Of a stretch of DNA of 64,000 bases, positions 53,431-64,000 are shown in pieces. The position numbers were made by a program, and so were the translations under genes. The notes below the pieces were generated by a model that worked only from the letters and a program-made list of their open reading frames with translations, made no database searches and had not been told where the DNA came from. This DNA comes from Utricularia gibba (Eukaryota; Plantae; Magnoliophyta), in NCBI GenBank assembly GCA_002189035.1, contig NEEC01000004.1, positions 1,488,001 to 1,552,000 on the forward strand. Direction: 5' to 3'. Position 1 is the stretch's first letter. Each line of letters begins with the position of its first letter.

Positions 53431-54029
53431 TCAAAGGATCCTTCTTCCATGCTGCTGCTGCTGCAGATCAACAGAAGAGTACGATGATCCCAAGGATGAG
53501 AATGGTCTGAAAGAATTGCAGCATTCCCCTTCCCCTTCCTCTTCCTCTTCTCGCTTATCTCGTGTCATGGATACAGCGGAAGCTACCTTTGTTTTCATCC
53601 CAAAACCGTTCATTCTTATCGATGTGCTCCCCCTCTCAAGCTGCAGGCAAGCCGGTTTCTCCGGCGCCTCGTGTAGGCGTTTTCCGGCTTCGAGAGGTCT
53701 TTCGCGGAGGCCAGTGAGGATGCTGCATCGGCTAAAGTGGCCAAGGATTTTGATTTGCCATTATAGAACTTGGAGATCCCTCTCCTGCATTATCACTTTC
53801 TCCTCCTCCATTAGTTCATGGTTAAAACGAAATTGGAGTAGAGATATCTGTCTAACCTCATAGGCAGAGCATCCTCCAAGTCTTCTACAGCGTCCAGGGG
53901 GCCTTTGTAAGGACTCTGAATCTCTTCACCCTCTCCAGATTTCGCCACTGAATTCCCAGAAACATCATCACTATCCTTCCCTATGGAAGAAGAAGATTCA
54001 TCTGATGTTCGATTGACACAGGAATCCAT
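53431..54029 (-). CDS. OXS3-like (oxidative stress 3 family) protein, with an apparent 1-nt deletion at 53629-53633
   Basis: SSSSIGKDSD, EIQSPYKGPLD..LEDALPM|RRGISKFYNGKSKS, KPENAYTRRRRN. The C-terminal SYSSVDLQ lies in the shifted frame. Confidence 0.85.
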
Positions 54030-55195
54030 AGTTAACAGCCCTTTTCCTCCTTGCTCCCTCCCAACGCCAGATCAGCTAAACCAGACACAGGATCCATGAC
54101 AAGGAAGCAAACCTGCAAAAGCCCCCTTGTCTTGCATCATGAAAGCAAAAGCCTTTAATTACTGCAATGGAAGAAGGATGCACAAACCAAACCAAGGAGC
54201 AAAAACCTGATACATATTGAATAATTGGCTTATTTTTTCTTCGTAGGTAGGTTTATAGTTTGTTTGACGTTATCCCCAGTCCATTACATCCTTACCCACC
54301 AGTCAGAAGAGAATTGTAAAACAAACACTTCACATTAGTCTGAACATGTGGTGGTAAGAAATCCCCTTTTCACGAAGCTAAGCCAAAGACTGAATTTTGG
54401 GTTAGGCCCACAACAGATGAAGAGGAGGAAGAAGAAGAGCAAGACTCCATTATTGCTACCTACATCTCTGAGCAGCTTCACGGCATCCATCGTTTCGGAG
54501 TAGGAAAAATAGCGGAAACAAGAAGATTTGGGGAAAAAAAGAAGCTGAAAAAGACAAGCTGTCCGGTGGTTTGCAATCAGATGCACCGCAACGTGCTTTA
54601 TACCAAAATGGTAATTTCACATGGACTGTGCCACTGTTCATCATAGTGAATCATTGACCAATCAAATTTATTTCCATCACGCGCGCATTGCCAAAAACAA
54701 CCAATTTAATCGGCACGTGATTAATAAAGAGTGTGTTTACTTCAAAATGAAAAAAAGATGGAGATGACCTAGTTTTACAATCTCAAAATTAATTTAATTC
54801 TATATAATCTGAAACACAACTTTAAATTATGCAAAATACATCCTACGTTTGTTTAAAAATCATTCATATGCAACGAAATTTTAATATTTTCATTAAAAAA
54901 ATGTGAAAGAAATGTTATCTATTTTGAAGGGAGGTGAATTCATCAAATTCCATATAATTCAAATCCTCAATAATTAATATCTTCCAATAATTCCTAATTA
55001 AACACATTCAAAGAGAATAAAGAAGGGGTGAGACTGGTATTTCACATCGGATATTCTTTGTAAATAATAAATTAATATTGAAGCTACAAAATAGGAATTT
55101 ATGGATTTCAATTTGTGGTTTTTTTTTTCTTTTTTGGTTTCAATAAACTACCAAATACATCCCATCCATCCTAGAGTGTGCCGTGAAGGCGTGCG

Positions 55196-57139
55196 TCAGC
55201 ACATTCTGATGATGCTGGCCACGTTCTTTCCGATCTCCTCCTTGGTTTTCTCGCATACGGGAACATCGCCGATGTACATGTCGAAGAAGGCTCCTGGGTG
55301 AATCAATCCAACCTTTTCAGAAAACGAAACGGGAGACACCAACTGAACTGCACTGAACTGAACTTACTGCACAGGTCTCTGCTTTGGACGGCTCCCAGGC
55401 TTGTCCGCCGACTGCACAAAACGTCATCTCCTTGTCAGGCAGGAACAGCATAAGCAGATGAAGGCACTTCACTTGGTTTCAGTCCTGGTTGCGTACCTTC
55501 GGTTATCAGGCGCCCGTCGGTTTTCCGGTGGAAGTTGATGGTCGTACCCTGCGTTTGATTCCATTCTCTCGATGATGGGGTTTTTGTTTTGTTTAAAAAC
55601 GAGCTGCTCAAATGACACGTACCACATGCAAGGGAATGTCCTGCGTGAACAGGGAACCGAAGGCCTGTAGGCAGCTATCGTCAGCTTCCGGGTTCATCTG
55701 AAAAGAGCCGGCAGTCTGTCTGAGAAACGGAAAATGAGGGAAGGCAGAAAGAGTGTAGAGACGGTACTCTTGTTAGACGGGCCCTCAGAGACTTCCCAAA
55801 AACACTGCAGGTGAAAAGAGACGAAATGAAGTGAGACACTAACTCAAATGATGCATCTGGATCTTCTACAGGGAATGGACTAGAACATCATACTCTTTCA
55901 CTGTGTTGATTTTGATCCCATTGCAGTTAACTACAAGCCTAACTGTCATGTTGATGTCCTCTCTGCATAAAATTGGACATGGGGGAGTCTTCTTCAGATT
56001 TCATGCTGTGGGAAAAATGAGAGAAAAAATTCGGCAAACCTTAGAAGATCCTCGTAGAAATGGTTACAGTTTTTCAGTTCATCATCTGGGATGCGAGAGT
56101 ACTTCTGGCCCAATTTGTTGCAGACATCAAAGGGATGGACATCTGTTGAAAAGGGAAGAAAGGTAAGCTTTTCCAGAGTACAGAGATATCAAAACTCAGA
56201 GAAACTACATCTACAGGAGGCTCGGAACGTACAGAATCCGAATGCATATATTTTGAGAGATTTGATTCTTATAATGGTCATAGTCCTTGATCCAGTTCCA
56301 ACAAGAATCTGATGATCAGGATGTCAAAAACAAATATTGCAAAAGTAGCTTGCTTTCCTTTCAGCCAAAAAAAGAAAATAACAGATGCATCAAAATGAAA
56401 CCAACCTCTGAAGTGAAACTAGAGTCACATTGTCCAAGTGAGTCATCGCCCAACATGGAGGGGAACTCGACACCAGTTCTGGGTTCAACCGTATTGGACA
56501 AGGATACATTCCTAAAAAGATCTCTGCAGGGAGCACATACTTGATTTCTGATCTCACACGCTCCTTGGTCCTTGTATCCATGTGTTTCTGAAGATGGACT
56601 GGGCGGAGGTGCTAACATATTTGAAGAGCTTAAGAACAGTTTGGAAAATGGAAAATCTTATGAGATCCAAAAAACGATAAAAAGTAATGCAAGCCTTGCA
56701 GCAAGAAAACAAGATCAGCTTACAAGTTAGTGAAGGAAGTGCCCACAGAAGCTGCCATTGCCAGCATAGGAAACGATTGAAGCCTCTGAGCCTCTTTACA
56801 TAATTTCCTCAAGGTAAATCCTGAAAGCTTCCCTATCACTATTGGGATTGGGTTCCTCCTTGAGGAATGAGAATGATCTGCTAGCGATTTGCCATTTATT
56901 CTGGAATTCATGTTTCTAGCATTCCGTACAACAAGTGCACCAGCAAACTTGGACATGCAGCTAAAAGCTTCTGAAAGGGCGAAAGTTCCACGCAGGCATA
57001 TATACCTTGAACTATCAGCAAGGGACGCAATATTAGAGAGCCACTGAGCACCCATACTATGTGGAAGGAGCGGATCAATGGCATAAATATCATTTGAGCT
57101 CCTCTCTTGGCCAAATAACAATAACCAATTGTTTACCAT
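55196..57139 (-). CDS. FAP2: Fatty-acid-binding protein 2 (chalcone isomerase fold), multi-exon
   Basis: VEPRTGVEFP, KSLKIYAFGFY, AFFDMYIGDVPVCEKTKEEIGKNVASII. Confidence 0.88.
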
Positions 57140-58648
57140 TGTGAATCACAAAGGTTTCCCTACACTAACAGAAAATGCAGCAATGATCAACGAATACAAA
57201 AACCTGCAGAAGTTGTAATGAAAATAATTAGTAGCTCAGCAACGCCAGGACACAAGAACAACCAGATGCAGGAAAAATAATGATCAGAGGATCGTATTGT
57301 TAGTGCAACCCAGGATTTCACCAAGACAGCCAAATACAAGAACATTGGAAAAACCCATTGAAGTTTAGGATACAAGCCGATCGTACCACAACAGTAAACA
57401 AAAAACAAGGATCTTGAACACGGGAGCAGCCGATCTCTCAAAAACTAGGCCAAGACAAGGATCTTGAACAAGGGGGAATTGTGAGTGAATAGGGAAAAGG
57501 CGAAGAGAGGAAAAACGCCGACGCGTGAATGCAGAAAATGCAGGGATGAAAATCAAGAAAGGTTTGAGATTGTTTGAAAAGGCATTGAAAATTCGTTGAG
57601 AAAAGGGAAAACACTATGAAAGGAATATGCCTTGTACCAGAAACAAGGGAAGAAACCCGGAATCAAGATCACTTCTTCTCCCCACAAATAAGCGTAGAAA
57701 TCAGAAATGCACAAACCCAGATGAGATGAGATGATTCATCGTGGGATCAAACAGCTCCCACATTTATTTGGAAGCTGCCGTTAATGGGTACAAACAAATC
57801 AACACAGAAAACGCGAAGAAGACACGAAAGCCAGGACAGGAGACGTCTTCGATCCGTAATGGAATAAGAATACTCAACACCATAAAATTGTATTTTGCCC
57901 CCATACATACATTACCCTAAAAAAGAAGACTTTTCATGGTGACAAATTCCTCGCATATTCCTTCTTCCCCAGAAAATTCTCCTTTCAACGCATCACGTTT
58001 CCTTTCCCCACCTCCCCATAGAGCGGAACGCCGACACCGAATCACTGATGGCCCAGCCCTTGACTCTGACAGGAAAATCAATCAGACTTCCGACCTCCGA
58101 CGGTAATTACCATAAAGCAGTTAATATTGTTTTGATTAAATGAACTCGATTTTCCCAAGCATGGGATATGACTCATTTTGGGGGCTTGCGGCGTGGCCGA
58201 TTCCGGGGATCATCGGCTTCATAATGCATCCTCCCATTGGCTCTTCTGTTTGTTCACATTGATAATTGTTATTAATTGGCCCATAAAAATACTTTCTTTC
58301 ACGCATGGTGCTCCCAAAAGCATGAACTTGGCACATGAAAAAGAAAAGAAAGTAAACACAGGGTTTGCTGTATGACAAGTCTTTTTTAATGTCCCAAAGG
58401 CTCAATCTTTATTTACTGGTGACACTTGGAAGAACTCGTCACATGCACATATGCTATCTTGTGAAGTGATTGAACCGGATAATAAGGATATTGGGATGGT
58501 TTATAGGAGGGTACGCACCCAAGGAACAGACAGCCGACACAGATTAGAATCCATGATTTCCAGAACAGAGATACAGATACCACAGTTGATGAGATTTGGA
58601 TGAGCTCCAACCACTAGTTTTTGCTTCCAGCGTTGGCCAGAAAAAGCA

Positions 58649-60765
58649 TCAGAGGAGACCGCTGAAGAAGTTGGCGAGGATCTTGTTGAACTTGGAGGTG
58701 CGCTCGAGCTGAGGAATGTGGCCCGCTTTCTTCATCACTTGCAAGCTCGCCTTCTTCCCGATAACGCTGCCACATTGCAAGAAACCCGCCCTCATACTAT
58801 GCTATGGAAGAGTCTGCTTATGAAGAAAACAGACAGACTTACTTGACGAGGTCGTAGGCTTTCTCCAGCAAGAAAACCTGGTCCCCTTCCCCCCACACGA
58901 TCAACACCTCCTGCCAACAACAGTTATCACCAAATACAACAAACTTGGGCACACAAAAGCAGCGTCTGAGCACCTGGGAGAGGGGAGATATGTCCGCAGT
59001 TTCGCAAGTTCCCATTTTCATCCCATGGAGCAGCTCTGATTTTTCCTTCCTGTTCTCCATGTAGAGCGTCTGCGCTTGGAGGAGGACCAGATGCATTATC
59101 ATCATCATTACTCATTTTAAGCCCAATCGCCCAAATCTCTTTACTTTCACATTCAAATGTTTAAAACCAAGCTTTACATGTTTTCAGTTGAGGTAAATCT
59201 CGAAGTTCTAACGTTAATTGGTACGAATGAATAATTAATTCATTGCATATTTTAAAAAAATTGTATAGGGTAAATTTTTTTCTTATTTATTATAATTAAA
59301 ATTAAATATATCTAGATTTTTATTTGTTTTAAAAAATTTACTAACAAAGAACAATTTTAAGGTAAATGTTGATTTAAAAAATACTTAGACAATGTTCTAC
59401 ACAGACCCATTTTCAAAATATTTTCATTTTAAAAAATTATATTAATATAAAATAATTTTTTTATTTTAATTTTCATTCTAATATTTTTTATATTTCAATT
59501 TATTTTTAATTTTTAAGATTTAGAGGAATTATAAATTAAATCTATTGAGTGAAATCTTATTTATACATTATTAAAAATATATAACATATTTTTTATTGTA
59601 CAGTATCTTTTTAAAATTACATAATATTAATTCATTTTAATTTCATTCTTATTTTCTCAAAAATCATTTTAAATCACCCCTCATAAATTTAATATTATTT
59701 AAATTCTTAATTTTCGTATTTAATTCTCATTGTTTGCAAGAAAACAGTAGTGGCTGACTTCTATGTGTTGTCTTTTCTCAAAAATAAAAAATAGCCAACT
59801 GCCCTATTTTTTTTAATGTCAAAATAACAGCTCCACAGGTATTTGTTTAAGGAAAATGCAGTTGAGGAGTTGGCTGGTGGAAATAATGTGAAAACAATTA
59901 AATATTCTGAAATATTTCATATTTTTTATTTTAGATATGAAATTAGGATGGGACCAATGAATTTCTTATACTGAAAATAAAATAAGATTGAAAATAAAAT
60001 AAAAAAGCTCACCCGAACGAAGTCGTTGAGTACGAAAACTGGCAGGTAAGGCAAGCGGTGCGAGCACAACCGGAGAAGGATTCGTACCCGGTCGGCGTTC
60101 ACCGGCAGCATCAGGTCATCGACGGTGTCTGCGTTTCCCCTTTGCAGCAGCTTCGTCTTGTCCGTCACGAGGTAGTTGACGGCGGAGCTGGCGATGACCA
60201 CCTTCTCCACATTCTCCGGCCACATCTCCGCCATGTAGTACGCCACGAAGCCTCCGTAGCTAGTACCCACCACTGAGTACCTGCAACGTTTACCTTGCTC
60301 GTATTCCCAATTTATTTGCTTATGGAAAAATAGTGCAGTGCATGGCGTTGCCCAGTTTCAGAAGATTGGCTAGTCGGAATGTGTTTGATGGGTTCCGTCG
60401 TACCTTGAAACCTGGAGCTTTTGAAGAAGTTTCTGGACACAAGTCGCTTGAAAAGCCTCCGACCTCTCGCCGGACTTGGTGAACGATTCTCCGAAAAACA
60501 CGAGTTCGGGAACGTAGACGTTGAATTTCTTAGAGAAGAACTTGACTTGGCCGTGCCACTGCCAGATCGCCGGCGGTCCGAAGCCGTGGATGAAGACTAT
60601 GGCCGGCTTTTTGGGATCCGGCTTAGAGGGACCCCAGAAACGGATCGTCGTATCGGAATCCACATCAACTTTCGATTCCACGAGCCCGGCTGCGGCGACG
60701 CTGCGGCGGATGAAAGCGCCGTAGATAGAAACAAAGCTGATGACGCAGGGGGAATCTGTAGTCAT
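58649..60765 (-). CDS. Alpha/beta hydrolase (ABHD6-like), 5 exons
   Basis: FIHGFG, VYVPELVFFG, GTSYGG nucleophile elbow, LIVWGEGDQVF, AGHIPQLE. Confidence 0.9.
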
Positions 60766-60950
60766 GTTGAGCTCACCACATCTGGGGTTGTTAAACGTCA
60801 TCTGTTATATAAAACCAGAAAGCTTCAGCAGAAGGGACTGCCGGATATTAAATGCAACGACGGGTAGGTTGGGCGGATCACATTCTCTGGAACTATTTAA
60901 AAGACAAGCCGTTTTCATGGGGCAAGTGACTGTGTCAACATGTTTCGAGC

Positions 60951-62638
60951 TCAAACTTTGATGGACATGGCAGCCTCCTTGATCTGCTGGATGGTGAAAA
61001 CGCCGAAGATGTCATCGTCGGTGGCAGCGTTGATGACAGCGGCGGCGAGGTCGTTCACGCTGATCGGAGGAGCAAGGAGTAAATCGGAAGCAGGGAGCGA
61101 GCTTAACGGCTTGGTGAAGCTCTCAGCAGCAGTCAGAAGTCTCTCCAAGGGCTCACCGATCACCTCCAGAGGTATCTCATACTGGTTCACTTTCCTCTTC
61201 CCGTAGATGAACCCCGGCCGGAGTACAACACCTACAATTCCGACTGTTAGGCACATTTGAGGGCACCCCTGAAAGAGTTAGAAAAGAACAGCACCTGAGG
61301 TGGGGAACTTGGACAGAACCTCAGATTCTGCTTTCCTTTTGCCTGTGAAGTAACCATTTGAGAGTAGAAATGATGGGAGGTTGTAGTCGTGAACTGAGAT
61401 CAGTATGAACTTGGAAACACCTGCACAGAAAAGAAGAACAGATTCAGCTCATGTTCCATAGCCAACAGATGGAGCTTCAGAATTTTATGATCCACTACTA
61501 GGAATGCTCACCCGAATCTTTGGCTGCATTTACAGACAATACATTAGCCTCTCCATTAATTCTTTGCATATAATCTTCTCTGCCAAAGCCTCCAAGTGTA
61601 GAAACAACGGTTGTTGCTCCAGCGAGCACTTCATTCCAGTTCACATAAAACACATCCCCTGCCAACACAAATGAAACAAAACTGAATGACATTTTGTTTT
61701 CACATTAACCACGTGTGAAAAAATGAAGCCAGGCCGAAATCGTGTTTGATGGCTTCTGTACTTTTCATTTCTTGTGCATTAACTCATAGTGAGTGTTCAT
61801 GTGTGATTTCGTATTGAAAGGCAACATCCTTCAATCAACTAAAAACTGTCTCCACTGACAAACCACCAATTCACATACAAAAGAGTGAGCAAAAAGAAAA
61901 CTTGCCTGTGACCCATGTAGCCTGATCTAGCCATGGCTCGGAATCATAAGGCCGTCCTGATCTGGCGTTGTGCAGAAGGTAGGATCACAAATGTACTGTG
62001 AAAAGTTAAAACTGGGATCCTCTAGGTTCACTGTCTTGTACCTGCTAATGCTAACGACTTCGATACCTCTGGAGACAGCAGCCTTACACACAGCTGAACC
62101 AACAAATCCACTTCCACCTAACACAACAATCTAATAACAAATCAGACATTATGACTCCAGTCAAGAGGATGCTTAGGAGACAAACATGAGACACATACTC
62201 TGTTTGCCTTGATTTCAGCAACAACATCAATTGTACCATCATCATAATTCTTAGTGACACCTGAGTTGTCAATGCTGTATTCCACACAAATCCATTGGAA
62301 TACATGAGAAGCAAAACTAAATACCATGAATTCAATCTCAAAATTGACACCAAACTAAAGAAGCAGTAAGAGGTTCATATGTTCTAAGTTCAGAGGGGTT
62401 ATCACTAAAATAGCATTGTAAATGGGAGGAATCAAAACCAGAATTTAAAAGCCTTGATCATAGTTGTTTCTCGCTAAAAAAAGAAGGATCAGTTTCGGGT
62501 GCCGTTGATATTTAAAGGCTGTGTAGAAGGTAACCTTGAGCGGATGGTTTTCATGGAACTGGAGGTTCCACGAGAAGTGGCGACAAGGGTTTTGAAGGAA
62601 GGTGCAGAAATGCAACTGATGCCACAAAGCGACGCCAT
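60951..62638 (-). CDS. NAD(P)-binding Rossmann-fold protein, plastid (At1g32220-like)
   Basis: LGGSGFVGSAVCK, INGEANV, YFTGKRKAESEV, VLRPGFIYGKR. Ser/Thr-rich transit peptide. Confidence 0.9.
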
Positions 62639-63467
62639 TCTCCAAACCTTCCTTCGCCAATCCAACTAAAGATACCTGCAACCGGAGATAGTGACGTAAC
62701 AGCTGGGATTTCCGTGAATATATGGGTGCAAACTCAAGGTTTATAAACGCTTACAGGAGACAACAACCTAATTATCAAGCAATCCATTGAAGAGATAAGC
62801 TTTTTCGACCCCACATGCTGATGCTCAAAGTAGAAAAGGATTTAACCATTCATCTAAAATTCGTTGTTTTGGAATTGGGTATTCGGGATTCAAACGGGTT
62901 TTGCTGGATACGGTTTCTGGCTCTGATTTATGGTCCTTTACTCCTGCTTAAATCATTTCAACAGCTGTTCGACGAAATGCGCATTCAGGGGCATAAATGA
63001 AGATCAACCGCATAAGCTCAGAAAAAATGGGGGTTTTCAGAGCTCTGTATTCGGTGCTTATCATCTGCTCCAAAGATCAAATCAGGGAATGCCTGTGGGG
63101 GGCTACTGAATTTCCATTTCAAAGGGGAAAAACCTCCCGTTGTGGAACAAAAGATTCCCCCGCGCTGAAAGGTGCTCCCTGTGGCTAATAATGCGTCAGT
63201 GATGATGCAGCAGGCGGCCACAGAGGGAGCAAGTTTCTGGCTCTTGGTTTGTTTAAGTTTTTCTGATGGTACGCAAAGGGCTTGCTGATATAGAGCTGCA
63301 AGCTCCATTGACACTGTTGGTGTGTCCACCATTTACATGGTATAGTAAATCAGGTCGAATCTTCGAAATGTGAATGGGGATGCACTTCTAATATGTCAAT
63401 AAGACCAGAACTCCTGCTAAGTTCTCATCTTTAGCTCCTCTCTAACCTTCCCTTGCTACTGCTGGAC

Positions 63468-64000
63468 TCAGGTAGTTGCTGAAAGCCCAGGTTCAGCTTC
63501 AGCAGCAGGTGTGTTGTTTAGTGTCGACCTCGGTGGTGATGGAGGCTGAACTACCACATCTGGATAGGCCGCCTTGAATCTTGCCCGCAGCCCTTCATCT
63601 ACCAACCGCACCCCTTGCAGTTGGTTTCCCAGAGATATCCACCTGTTTGTTTATTTGCTAGCTTGTTTCGTCACATGACAAATACCCAAAACATGTAAAA
63701 CTATGATGAAGAAGAGCATACCCAGCCTGAACATTGTGCATCCTTGCAAACAGCTCCAGCTTTCTGGTTCTTGGGCTGATCCTTTCCAACATAGGATACA
63801 TCTGATGCAAAAAGCATAGCATATGATCCCTTCTATGGTTTGCAATACAAATGCAAGAAACATTTTTTATTATTTTTTTACTTCTAACCTCATCAGGCTT
63901 ACGGCTTGTTTCACGAACTTCAGCAACGATCACATCAGTGTCGATGTTTCTATTTACTGCAGGGTTGCCCTTCACTCCAACAAGGCAATGCTCCTTGCTG
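63468..64000 (-). CDS. MTA: mRNA m6A methyltransferase MT-A70 (METTL3), 3' part
   Basis: KEHCLVGVKGNP, DTDVIVAEVRETSRKPDE, RTRKLELFAR, WISLGNQL. Confidence 0.94.

Overview
Gene-dense plant nuclear DNA from a eudicot, probably an asterid. There are about 23 protein-coding genes in 64 kb, most introns are about 65-100 bp, and AT-rich spacers separate the gene clusters. This fits a miniaturised genome such as Lentibulariaceae, but that is an inference only. Gene order: IMP2 (partial), decayed hAT transposase, CHX28-like antiporter, a non-coding snoRNA cluster containing a U13-like RNA, PITH-domain protein, NDL, DUF266/BC10-type glycosyltransferase, ATH1, PYL2-like, HDA2, DUF4408/DUF761, SLD, SQD1, MAX1/CYP711A, DUF3511, CYP57/CWC27, CNMT-like methyltransferase, BIG GRAIN1-like, PsbX, DWNN/RBBP6-like E3, OXS3-like, FAP2, alpha/beta hydrolase, Rossmann-fold protein and MTA (partial). 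The most striking feature is in the first 21 kb: apparently two tandem segmental duplications followed by reciprocal gene loss. Three surviving genes keep a 3'-end relic of their former tail-to-tail partner, and six small deletions in the relics have 3-6 bp microhomologies at their junctions. Three conserved genes each lack one G in a G-run, which is probably consensus error. All calls were made by eye; no database searches were run.
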